Source of the DNA: an uncultured Candidatus Saccharibacteria bacterium
GTDB lineage: Bacteria; Patescibacteriota; Minisyncoccia; Phycocordibacterales; JAACPR01
Direction of reading: 5' to 3'
Assembly (NCBI GenBank): GCA_964538855.1
Contig: CAZIEY010000001.1
Coordinates: 245,389-309,388, forward strand
Length of the DNA stretch: 64,000 nt
Part shown: positions 38,898 through 47,846 of the stretch, in pieces
Position numbering within the stretch: position 1 is the first letter of the stretch
How the letters are laid out: every line of letters starts with the position of its first letter
Made by a program: the position numbers and the translations under genes
The notes under the pieces: generated by a model
Seen by the model: only the letters and a program-made list of their open reading frames with translations
Database searches by the model: none
What the model was told of the DNA's origin: nothing

Positions 38898-39347
38898 ATG
38901 AAATACCAAGTCCCACAATTCATCGAGGTCGAGGACAAGATTTTTGGTCCACTCACACTCAAACAGTTTCTCTACGTCGCCGGTGGGGCAGCGATTGGTT
39001 TTATTATTTGGTCGGCAGTTCCAGTAAAATTTATTGCAATAGTAGCCGCGCTACCAGTTGTAATCTTTTTTCTCGCCATGGCATTCTATCGCGTAAATGA
39101 ACGACCTTTCGTAACACTCGTAGAAAGTTCGATCAGATATTTTTTTGGGACTAAACTATACATTTGGCATAAAATCGAAAGGAAGCCTGTGCAGACACAA
39201 AACACTTCTACACCCACAGCAGCGAACAATCTTGATGTACTTATCCCAAAACTTTCCGATAGCAAACTGAAAGAATTAACCTGGAGTCTCGACATTAATG
39301 AAAAACTTGGTAATTCCGGAACCACGAGTGAAAAATTTAAGGTATAA
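38898..39347 (+). CDS. PrgI-family (VirB3-like) small membrane protein
   Basis: N-terminus MKYQVPQFIEVEDKIFGPLTLKQFLYVAGG plus two TM helices matches the PrgI-family pattern. Lies immediately upstream of VirB4. Confidence 0.55.
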   Translation: MKYQVPQFIEVEDKIFGPLTLKQFLYVAGGAAIGFIIWSAVPVKFIAIVAALPVVIFFLAMAFYRVNERPFVTLVESSIRYFFGTKLYIWHKIERKPVQTQNTSTPTAANNLDVLIPKLSDSKLKELTWSLDINEKLGNSGTTSEKFKV

Positions 39348-39365
39348 TGTTTTTGTACCTTTTAT

Positions 39366-40001
39366 ATGGCAACATCTAGCAAACCAACCCAGGAATTCGT
39401 GCCCATCCAAGAAGTTCGTGATGGTATCATCGTCATGCGCGACGGATCGATGCGCGTGATTTTGCTTGCTTCGTCAGTGAATTTCGCCCTCAAATCAGAA
39501 GACGAGCAGGCTGCGATTACATTTCAATTCCAAAACTTCTTGAACTCACTAGATTTTAGTATGCAAATTTTCTTGCAGTCACGCCGGCTCGACATTCGAC
39601 CGTACCTCGCACTTCTCGCTGACAGACAAAAGCAACAAATCAACGACTTAATGCGTATCCAGATTCGCGAATACTCTAATTTCATCAAGAGTTTCACTGA
39701 AAATGTAGAAATCATGACAAAAAACTTCTTCATAGTAGTGCCATATGTACCACTTCGTCTCGATTTCACAAAAAGCGCGGGGTCATTTGGAAAACCAAAA
39801 AAGGATTCGGGGCAAGAAAAAAGTGAGAACTTTGAAGAGGCGCGAATACAGCTCGATCAGCGCATTTCAATCGTCTCAGGCGGACTCTCACGTTGTGGTA
39901 TTCGAACCGTCGTCCTGGGAACAGAAGAAGTGGTCGAAGTCTTCTACAAATTGTTCAACCCGGGTGACATGGACAAGCCGATTTCACTAACACAAAAATA
40001 A
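39366..40001 (+). CDS. VirB4/CagE/TrbE N-terminal domain protein (separate ORF)
   Basis: EFVPIQEVRDGIIVMRDGSMRVILLASSVNFALKSEDEQ resembles the N-terminus of Gram-positive VirB4 (PrgJ/TrsE-type). Stop TAA sits 1 nt before the next ATG, in a different frame. Confidence 0.45.
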   Translation: MATSSKPTQEFVPIQEVRDGIIVMRDGSMRVILLASSVNFALKSEDEQAAITFQFQNFLNSLDFSMQIFLQSRRLDIRPYLALLADRQKQQINDLMRIQIREYSNFIKSFTENVEIMTKNFFIVVPYVPLRLDFTKSAGSFGKPKKDSGQEKSENFEEARIQLDQRISIVSGGLSRCGIRTVVLGTEEVVEVFYKLFNPGDMDKPISLTQK

Positions 40002-40002
40002 T

Positions 40003-41901
40003 ATGGGAATATTCGATTTTCTAAAAAAGAAGGAAGTAGCAACAAAAGGACCAGACATCACCTCGTTTTTGCCACAGCAAATTTATGAGGCAGGTGTCTT
40101 GGAATTACGCGACATTATCGCACCATCTGCTTTGAAAATTACCCCAAAAACACTCAACCTCGGCGAAAAGGTGGTGCGTAGCTTCTTTGTAATTTCATAT
40201 CCGCGCTTCTTGTCAGACAGCTGGTTTGCACCGATTATCAACATGGACAAAGTTTTTGATGTCTCGATTTTCGTCCATCCGATTGAAACTTCAAAAATTC
40301 TAAAGCAATTTCAAAAAAAGGTGGCCGAAGTTCAAAGCCAAATTAACATGCGTGCAGAAAAAGGTCTTGTGCGCGATCCGCAATTAGACACTGCATACCA
40401 AGACCTCGAATCATTGCGAGACAATTTGCAACAAGCACAAGAACGCATTTTTGATGTCGGACTCTACATTACAATTTACGCCGATAACGAAGAAGAATTA
40501 GACAAGGTCGAGTCGGAATTCAAATCAATCCTAGAATCCAAGTTGGTTTACATGAAACCGGCTCTTTTCCAACAAGAAGAAGCTTTCAAAACGGTCATGC
40601 CTCTTTCAACAGACCTTCTCAATATCCATTCCAAGCTTAACTCTGGACCTCTTTCAAGTATTTTTCCATTCATTTCTTTTGAATTAACCAGTGATCGGGG
40701 AATTTTGTACGGAATCAATCGCCACAATTCAGGGCTCGTCTTGTTCGACCGATTCTCACTCGAAAACTACAACTCAGTGACATTTGCAAAAGCTGGTTCC
40801 GGAAAATCGTACGCGACCAAATTGGAAATTTTGCGTTCACTCATGTTTGGTACCGAAGTAATCGTGCTCGACCCAGAACGAGAATATGAATTTCTTGCCG
40901 AAGCAACCGGCGGGCGATATTTCAACGTATCTCTTTCATCAGAACATCATATCAATCCGTTCGACTTGCCGCGCGCAACAGGGGACGAGGAACCTGCGAA
41001 TATTTTGCGCTCTAACATTGTAAACCTCGTCGGGCTTTTCCGTCTCATGTTCGGAGGGCTTTCACCAGAAGAAGATGCGATTATCGACCGAGCAATCAGC
41101 GAAACATACGCCCTCAAAGACATTACACCTGATTCTGATTTCTCAGATATCGAACCACCGCTCTTGTCAGACTTCGAATTAGTTTTGGCTGGTATGGAAG
41201 GTGCAGAAAGTCTCGTCCAAAAATTGAGCAAATACACGAAAGGAACTTGGTCTGGCTTTATCAATAAACCAACAAACGTTGACCTCACCAAACATTTCAC
41301 TGTATTTTCATTGCGCGATATGGAAGACGAATTAAAGCCAATCGCAATGTATTTGATCACGCACTACATTTGGATCGAAGTTCGCCGTGAATTAAAAAAA
41401 CGCCTCCTCGTGATCGACGAGGCATGGTGGATGATGAAATCAGAAGACACCGCCTCTTTCCTATACGGACTCGCAAAACGAGGTCGAAAATACTATCTTG
41501 GACTTTCAACAATCACACAAGACGTTGAAGACTTTATGAGCTCACCATATGGAGTGCCGATTATTACAAACTCATCAATTCAATTTTTGATGAAGCAATC
41601 TCCATCTTCAATCGACGTAGTCCAGCGCACCTTTAACCTGACTGACGAAGAAAAATTCCTTTTACTTGAATCAAACGTAGGGGAGGGTATTTTCTTCGCT
41701 GGCATGAAACACGTTGCCATGAAGGTAATCGCCTCATACACCGAAGATCAAATTATCACGTCCGATCCGTCTCAAGTTTTGTCAATTCGTCGTGCAAAAG
41801 AAGAATTCAAAAATGCCCAAGCAACTGGCAGTGAGGGTCAGGACTTCAACCGTTCAAGCATCAGCAAGGTACGCGAAAACCTCCAAATCAACAAGGCTTA
41901 G
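40003..41901 (+). CDS. VirB4-like type IV secretion ATPase (ATPase domain)
   Basis: Walker A FAKAGSGKSYATK, Walker B LLVIDEAWWMM and the CagE/TrbE/VirB4 C-terminal architecture. Confidence 0.8.
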   Translation: MGIFDFLKKKEVATKGPDITSFLPQQIYEAGVLELRDIIAPSALKITPKTLNLGEKVVRSFFVISYPRFLSDSWFAPIINMDKVFDVSIFVHPIETSKILKQFQKKVAEVQSQINMRAEKGLVRDPQLDTAYQDLESLRDNLQQAQERIFDVGLYITIYADNEEELDKVESEFKSILESKLVYMKPALFQQEEAFKTVMPLSTDLLNIHSKLNSGPLSSIFPFISFELTSDRGILYGINRHNSGLVLFDRFSLENYNSVTFAKAGSGKSYATKLEILRSLMFGTEVIVLDPEREYEFLAEATGGRYFNVSLSSEHHINPFDLPRATGDEEPANILRSNIVNLVGLFRLMFGGLSPEEDAIIDRAISETYALKDITPDSDFSDIEPPLLSDFELVLAGMEGAESLVQKLSKYTKGTWSGFINKPTNVDLTKHFTVFSLRDMEDELKPIAMYLITHYIWIEVRRELKKRLLVIDEAWWMMKSEDTASFLYGLAKRGRKYYLGLSTITQDVEDFMSSPYGVPIITNSSIQFLMKQSPSSIDVVQRTFNLTDEEKFLLLESNVGEGIFFAGMKHVAMKVIASYTEDQIITSDPSQVLSIRRAKEEFKNAQATGSEGQDFNRSSISKVRENLQINKA

Positions 41902-41945
41902 GAAAGCCGGCTTTTCTCGCGAATTTTTGTAGTATAATTTGAGTA

Positions 41946-43022
41946 ATGAAAAAGTCTTTCTATGTAATGCTCGCATTGGCAATAGGGATACCGTTTTTTT
42001 CTTTTGCTCAAATTGCGGAAACTGATATATCCGCAGAAATTCAGGCCTTATTAGACACCTCAGTAGTAGATACATATTCTGGACTACCCGAGGGAGTGAG
42101 TGAGCAACTTTCTCTCGATATCACTCCGACAAATCCTCGACCTTTTGGCGATGTTACTTTGAGAATTACAAGCAACGCCACTGATTTAAACAAAGCAAAC
42201 ATTACTTGGCGGGTTAACAGTGCAGTTTCTCTCAAACAAATCGGTGCAACAACATTTACTTTTACTATGGGGAGGTTGGGGGAAAGTAAGGCAGTAAACG
42301 TTTCGATAGAAAAATACGGGGGAGGGGTTCTCGAAAAGACATACTTCTTTATTCCGACAGAAGTAGATTTGATTTACTCTGCGGACACATACACACCACC
42401 TTTTTACAAAGGGAAATCATGGCCAACACACCAATCAACCATCCGAGTCCTTGCTCTGCCTCGCATTTTGGATGATTATGACAGATTAATTTCCCCTGAC
42501 TCATACGTATACACATGGCGACGCGACGGCCGTGTAGTACAAGACCAATCTGGTTACGGAAAAAATGTCTTTACCTATACCAACGGCTTACTTGATGCAG
42601 ATGTAAAAATTAGTGTCGAAGCTTCTCCGCGCGAATACAACACTGTCGCATCAGCAAGTGTCATCATAGATCCGGTCGAACCCGAAATCGTTGTTTACGA
42701 AAAAAATCCAATCTATGGAACAATTTTTGAACAAGCAGTCACTGGAACTTACTACCTCACCAGAAATGAGATTACTTTTGAGGCCATTCCTTATTTCTTC
42801 AACAAAAACACCTTGGACCTTTCCTGGGTGATGAATGGGCAGCAGATAACCAACCTCTCAAATCCGCGTGAAGTCACCTTCCGTATCGAGGAGGATGAGG
42901 CTGGTAGGTCTGACATTGGCATTCAAGTGACAAATAGTGATAAAATATTGCAGTCAGCAAGCAATGGATTCACCCTGCTTTTTGAAAAGATTGCAGACGC
43001 AACGACTCCAAATAACTTTTAA
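41946..43022 (+). CDS. Secreted hypothetical protein
   Basis: Signal peptide MKKSFYVMLALAIGIPFFSFAQ. Likely beta-rich. Confidence 0.5.
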   Translation: MKKSFYVMLALAIGIPFFSFAQIAETDISAEIQALLDTSVVDTYSGLPEGVSEQLSLDITPTNPRPFGDVTLRITSNATDLNKANITWRVNSAVSLKQIGATTFTFTMGRLGESKAVNVSIEKYGGGVLEKTYFFIPTEVDLIYSADTYTPPFYKGKSWPTHQSTIRVLALPRILDDYDRLISPDSYVYTWRRDGRVVQDQSGYGKNVFTYTNGLLDADVKISVEASPREYNTVASASVIIDPVEPEIVVYEKNPIYGTIFEQAVTGTYYLTRNEITFEAIPYFFNKNTLDLSWVMNGQQITNLSNPREVTFRIEEDEAGRSDIGIQVTNSDKILQSASNGFTLLFEKIADATTPNNF

Positions 43023-43025
43023 CAT

Positions 43026-43544
43026 ATGCGCACATTGAAACTATCGCAAAAAAAAATATTAGTAGGTTCTTTAATATTTACTCTGCTTACCCCTTTTGCT
43101 CTATCTGCCCAAATTTTTAACAGCTCAAATTCTACCTTGCCGCAAGCTCAACAGGGCGCATCAAATCCTGCTGCGACGCAAAATACTACTGCCCCAAAAC
43201 CTGACACAACACAAAAAACCACAGCACCTTCCTCAAAGAAAAGCTACACATCACTCACTGATATTCCAGGACTAACTCAGAACGGCACCAATTCCAATAT
43301 GTTAGCGACTCTCCAATTCATATTCAAGTGGGGAATTGCGGTTGCTGTGTTGCTTGCAATCCTAATGACAATTATAGGCGGAGTACAATATATGACCACC
43401 GATGCGATGTTTGCCAAAGAAGAGGGTAAGCACAAAATTCAATCAGCAATAATGGGGCTTCTCCTCGCTCTTTCGGCTTGGATTATTCTCTACACCATTA
43501 ACCCGCGCATTCTCGAAAAACCAGATTCTGAATTGTTAAGATAA
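43026..43544 (+). CDS. Pilin-like (VirB2/TrbC-like) membrane protein with a Thr/Gln/Pro-rich N-terminal extension
   Basis: Signal peptide, low-complexity region, then two hydrophobic helices (WGIAVAVLLAILMTIIGG..., AIMGLLLALSAWIILYTI) typical of T4SS pilins. Confidence 0.45.
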   Translation: MRTLKLSQKKILVGSLIFTLLTPFALSAQIFNSSNSTLPQAQQGASNPAATQNTTAPKPDTTQKTTAPSSKKSYTSLTDIPGLTQNGTNSNMLATLQFIFKWGIAVAVLLAILMTIIGGVQYMTTDAMFAKEEGKHKIQSAIMGLLLALSAWIILYTINPRILEKPDSELLR

Positions 43545-43581
43545 ACCGCAAAAATACTTTACCACCTGCTATAATAAACGC

Positions 43582-44859
43582 ATGTCTCGTAAAACTCTCT
43601 TAATTATCATTGTACTATTCTTTTGTATCGGAGTCGGATTTTTGGGATATTATTTTTTAAAGCCTACAGCAGTAATTGAAACACCACTCAACAATACTGG
43701 AGTCCAAAACCCGTTTGGTAATTTCTTTCCAGCAGAAAATGTACCAGCAGCTCCGAACGTTACAACACCAGAAAAAGAAACTTCAACTATACAATATAGC
43801 GAACCCATCAGAAACCTGAGAAAAATCGCTGACGTACCGATCGCAGGTGGAATAGTTTTTGATAAAACTGCAACAAGCACCGCGGGCACCGTCTCAAACA
43901 CGATATTCCGATACGTCGAGAGGGCAACAGGTCATGTGTATGAAACAACCGCAACAAGCACCGCTAACGTGCGCATCTCAAACACAACTATTCCAAAAAT
44001 CTATGAGGCATTTTTCTTGGAGGATAAAAACCAAATTGCATTCCGATACTTAGGAAATGATGAAAAAATAGAAACATACGTGGCAACCATTCGCGCAACC
44101 ACCACAGTAGAAGGGGAAGTAAAGACCAACCTCGAGGGTATTTTCATGCAAAAAGACATCTCGGACTTTTCGACTTCTCCAAACGGAAAGAATATCTTCG
44201 CACTATCCCCAAACGCAAACTCTGCGAGTACGGCGCAATTGCTTGGACAAAGTGCCCTGGCTTCTAATCCAAACAAGCAATCAACCCTCTTCAGTTCTCC
44301 AATTCCGGTTTGGTCAGCAGAGTGGTTTGGAGGGGAACAGATTGCAGTCACTTCGAAACCAAGTTACAACGCGCAAGGAATTTTATATTTCATTAATTCC
44401 AGAACTGGATTTCAGGAAAAGATTCTTGGTCCAATCACCGGACTCGTTACAAAACCAAGCCCCGACGGTAAAAAGGTTGTATATTCAAAAAATGACGGTA
44501 GTGGAGTTACAACAAATTTCCTAACTGTTTCAACGAATATTATTAAGAGTTTACCTATCAAAACAATCGCGGATAAATGTGTGTGGAGTCGAAATAACAA
44601 AGATGTGTTCTGTGCGGTGCCGAATTCAAATCTTACCGGAGAATACCCAGACTTATGGTACATGGGACTTACTTCATTCAACGACTCACTCATAAAAATT
44701 GATACGGAACAAGAAACCGTGCGCACAATAATGTCGGTTGGGGCAGAAACAACAGAATCTCTTGATATGATTAACTTGCAACTTTCTCCAAAGGAAGATT
44801 ATTTAGTGTTTACTAACAAACGCGACCTCAGTTTCTGGAGTCTCGATATTAAAGAGTAG
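43582..44859 (+). CDS. Membrane-anchored hypothetical protein with a large extracytoplasmic domain
   Basis: N-terminal TM (LLIIIVLFFCIGVGFLGYYF). Last gene of the T4SS-like block. Confidence 0.45.
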   Translation: MSRKTLLIIIVLFFCIGVGFLGYYFLKPTAVIETPLNNTGVQNPFGNFFPAENVPAAPNVTTPEKETSTIQYSEPIRNLRKIADVPIAGGIVFDKTATSTAGTVSNTIFRYVERATGHVYETTATSTANVRISNTTIPKIYEAFFLEDKNQIAFRYLGNDEKIETYVATIRATTTVEGEVKTNLEGIFMQKDISDFSTSPNGKNIFALSPNANSASTAQLLGQSALASNPNKQSTLFSSPIPVWSAEWFGGEQIAVTSKPSYNAQGILYFINSRTGFQEKILGPITGLVTKPSPDGKKVVYSKNDGSGVTTNFLTVSTNIIKSLPIKTIADKCVWSRNNKDVFCAVPNSNLTGEYPDLWYMGLTSFNDSLIKIDTEQETVRTIMSVGAETTESLDMINLQLSPKEDYLVFTNKRDLSFWSLDIKE

Positions 44860-44862
44860 GGG

Positions 44863-44983
44863 TAAATAAAAATAACTTTAAATTTTAAAAGTCTGGTTGA
44901 GCATCAAAACAAAACACACATTCATTTCTGAACGTGCGTGATGAGACCCGAGGACTTTAAAATTTAAAGTTATTTTTATTTAC
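44863..44983. repeat. Palindromic intergenic repeat, full copy: about 28-bp perfect inverted arms around a 65-nt core
   Basis: Arms GTAAATAAAAATAACTTTAAATTTTAAA / TTTAAAATTTAAAGTTATTTTTATTTAC. Core shared (reverse complement) with the copies at 52981 and 23247. The yidC stop codon lies inside the right arm. Confidence 0.6.
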
Positions 44984-45695
44984 GCTCTCTCCTAAGATAG
45001 AGCTCTTGGCCAATTGAGAAAATATTGCTTGTCGTAAAATAGAGGGCGAGAAGCGCACCTAATTGAGCAGAAATAAAGAACATAATGATCGGCAGAACAT
45101 ATTTCATCTGCATATTCATACCTTTCATAATATCTTCCATCATTTTTTCTTTCGAGCCTGCTTCGGCAGTATTAGTCGGCTTGTTATTGGCCGCCATAAT
45201 GTGCGCTTGAATTAGTTGCGAGAAGGCCGCAGTAAAGGCAAGAAGGTACGATTTTGCCGTCAAAGTGATAAATCCGAGAAATACCACATTCACGGACGCT
45301 GGGATTGAAATAAACGAGTATAGAATGTCGGTATTAATATTTGGAAGACCTTCTCGAAGAAAAACAAAATAGAGAGCAAAAATAATTGGTAGTTGAATCA
45401 AAATCAACAAAATACTCGCAAAAGGCTTGATGTTATTTTCTCTATAAATCCGCATCATCTCGGTTGCCATCATCTGGCGATCATCTTTGTACTTATCCTG
45501 AATTTCTTTTATTTTTGGCGCAATCTCCTTCATCTTTATTTGAGAACGAATAGCATTTCGAGAGATAGGGAAGAGAATTGCCCGGACAATCACCGTCAAA
45601 ATAATGATCGCAAGTCCGAGATCACCAAAGGGAATAATATTAAGAATAAAGATTAACGCGTTATAAAGTGGTTCTACGATAAAGTTTTGGTACAT
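44976..45695 (-). CDS. yidC: Membrane protein insertase YidC (short, Gram-positive/Oxa1-type)
   Basis: 239 aa with 5 TM helices and a basic C-terminal tail. Conserved position next to rnpA. Confidence 0.8.
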   Translation of the reverse strand: MYQNFIVEPLYNALIFILNIIPFGDLGLAIIILTVIVRAILFPISRNAIRSQIKMKEIAPKIKEIQDKYKDDRQMMATEMMRIYRENNIKPFASILLILIQLPIIFALYFVFLREGLPNINTDILYSFISIPASVNVVFLGFITLTAKSYLLAFTAAFSQLIQAHIMAANNKPTNTAEAGSKEKMMEDIMKGMNMQMKYVLPIIMFFISAQLGALLALYFTTSNIFSIGQELYLRRERK

Positions 45696-45703
45696 GCGCT
45701 GTA

Positions 45704-46018
45704 TTATAGTACATTTTCAAGCTCTTTCGAAATTTCTACGAAGGTCGCACCATTTGATTTGGGTGAAGCGAGCACAACATGATCGGAATTACTATATTTT
45801 GAAACGTTTTTTCGTAAAGCGTGCATAAATCGCTTTTTTACCAGATTTCTCCGTACTGCCGATTTTGAAACCTTTTTCGAAACAACTACAGAAAACCTTG
45901 GAAAATCAAGGTTATTCTGTGTTTTTCTCATTAAAAAAAGCCCCGAAGAGACCTTTTGGCCTTCTGTCAGGATTTTTTTAAAACACTCCCTTGGTACCCG
46001 GTGTTTAACAGGGAACAT
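45704..46018 (-). CDS. rnpA: Ribonuclease P protein component
   Basis: 104 aa, basic. Conserved rpmH-rnpA-yidC order. Confidence 0.8.
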   Translation of the reverse strand: MFPVKHRVPRECFKKILTEGQKVSSGLFLMRKTQNNLDFPRFSVVVSKKVSKSAVRRNLVKKRFMHALRKNVSKYSNSDHVVLASPKSNGATFVEISKELENVL

Positions 46019-46025
46019 GGTGTTT

Positions 46026-46169
46026 TTACTTCGAAGAAACTGTGAGCTTTCGGCGACCTTTCTGCATTCGTCGCTTTAAAGTCTTTTTCCCACCTGGAGT
46101 TTTAGTTCGTACTAGAAATCCGTGAGTTTTTGCTCGCTTTCTTTTTTTTGGGTTGTAGGTGAATGACAT
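46026..46169 (-). CDS. rpmH: 50S ribosomal protein L34 (not in the ORF track)
   Basis: Manual translation [47 protein letters not shown], the canonical L34 sequence. Confidence 0.85.
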   Translation of the reverse strand: MSFTYNPKKRKRAKTHGFLVRTKTPGGKKTLKRRMQKGRRKLTVSSK

Positions 46170-46271
46170 AATTTTTTATTAACAGCTTATAAACATATTA
46201 TTAACATATTTATCGCATTTTAACAAGTTCTTAATTTTTTCAATGGGTATATAATATCTCTAAACCAAATT

Positions 46272-47624
46272 ATGTTAAACACTCTTGATTACAAAACATT
46301 ATGGGAAGATGCTTTGATTAGCGTTGAAAAAGAAATTTCAAAAGCTAACTTTAAGACTTGGTTTAAAGATACTTTTATAAATAAATATGATGACGGGGTG
46401 ATTCAAATCGGAGTCCCCAACACTTTTGTTAAAGATTGGCTTAATAACAAGTTTAATAAAGTTGTTTTAAAGGCTTTACGTGATATTAATGACTCCATTC
46501 GGGCAGTTGAATATACTGTCTGCAAGATTGAAAAGGCTAAAAACCAAGAAAACAAAAGGATTTTTGCCAAAAACCCAAACGAGCTTCCTTTGGCGGACTA
46601 TTATATTAATCGTGAAGACAATTTAAATCCGCGCTACATTTTCGAGAGCTTCGTTATTGGTCCGTTCAACGAATTGGCGCACGCAGCTGCACAAGCAATC
46701 ATCAAGCAGCCAGGAATCGTCTACAACCCACTCTTTGTGTACGGCAGCACAGGGCACGGCAAAACTCACCTCATCCAAGCGATAGGGAATCAGATCAAAA
46801 CACAGTATAAAGACAAAAAAGTCTACTATCTCACCTCTGAAAAATTCCAATCCGAATATATTGATGCTGTTCAAGCAAACCGCGTAAACCAGTTCAAGGA
46901 AAAATATAGAAAATATGATGTTGTCATTATGGACGATATTCAATTTTTATCTAAAAAAGAAAAAACCCAAGAAGAATTGTTTCACCTATTCAATACTCTC
47001 TACGACAACAACAAACAGATCGTCTTTTCTTCTGATCAACACCCAAATTTCATTCCGGGGCTCGAAGACCGCCTCAAATCTCGCTTTAATCAAGGAATGA
47101 TTGTTGATATTCCTCAACCTGATCATGAATCGAGAATCGCTATTTTACGTTCAAAAATAGACCGCAGCGAGGTAAATATCCCAGAAGATATCGTTAATTT
47201 CCTTGCTCAAACCATAGAGGGAAACATTCGTGAATTAGAGGGTGCTGTAAACTCAATCATTTGCCACACACAACTGAAAGGTCGCGATCTATCGTTCAAT
47301 GAAATCAAAGACCTTATTAAAAACAATTCAAAACCAAAGAAAATGGTTTCGGTCAATGAACTCATTAAAATTGTCTCTGAATTCTATAATATCGAAGAAA
47401 AAAGCATCTGCGATAAAACTCGTCGCAAAGAAATTGTTCGACCTCGCCAGGTAACTATGTATATTTTGCGAGAAGACTTTAACATCTCTTACCCAACAAT
47501 TGGGGAAAAGTTGGGGGGAAGAGATCACACAACCGTCATTCACTCTTGTGACAAAATCAAGAGGGAAGTGTTACTAGATAACACATTATCGCAACAAATT
47601 AACCAGATCAGGTCTATGTTATAA
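46272..47624 (+). CDS. dnaA: Chromosomal replication initiator protein DnaA
   Basis: 450 aa with AAA+ Walker A GSTGHGKTHL and a C-terminal DNA-binding domain. Very AT-rich coding sequence. Confidence 0.9.
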   Translation: MLNTLDYKTLWEDALISVEKEISKANFKTWFKDTFINKYDDGVIQIGVPNTFVKDWLNNKFNKVVLKALRDINDSIRAVEYTVCKIEKAKNQENKRIFAKNPNELPLADYYINREDNLNPRYIFESFVIGPFNELAHAAAQAIIKQPGIVYNPLFVYGSTGHGKTHLIQAIGNQIKTQYKDKKVYYLTSEKFQSEYIDAVQANRVNQFKEKYRKYDVVIMDDIQFLSKKEKTQEELFHLFNTLYDNNKQIVFSSDQHPNFIPGLEDRLKSRFNQGMIVDIPQPDHESRIAILRSKIDRSEVNIPEDIVNFLAQTIEGNIRELEGAVNSIICHTQLKGRDLSFNEIKDLIKNNSKPKKMVSVNELIKIVSEFYNIEEKSICDKTRRKEIVRPRQVTMYILREDFNISYPTIGEKLGGRDHTTVIHSCDKIKREVLLDNTLSQQINQIRSML

Positions 47625-47846
47625 AAAGTGGAAAACTTTTGTATAACTTCCCTGAAAATTGTGTACAAGTTCCTTATAAGTTTCATTCTTTAAAATTATT
47701 ATTTTCTTATTCTTTCTTTCTCAGAGAGTTATCAGATACCGGTAATCGCCCTGTGCGTTGCAGACAAAGAGAAAAATCATCTTATCCACTTATCAACAGA
47801 CTTATATGGTTAATTGTTTTTATTAAAAAGAGATACAATATAAATT
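47625..47846. other. Candidate oriC / DnaA-box region in the dnaA-dnaN intergenic spacer
   Basis: AT-rich 222 bp. Contains TTATCCACT and TTATCAACA (one mismatch each from TTATCCACA) and a TTTTCCACT. Confidence 0.4.
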
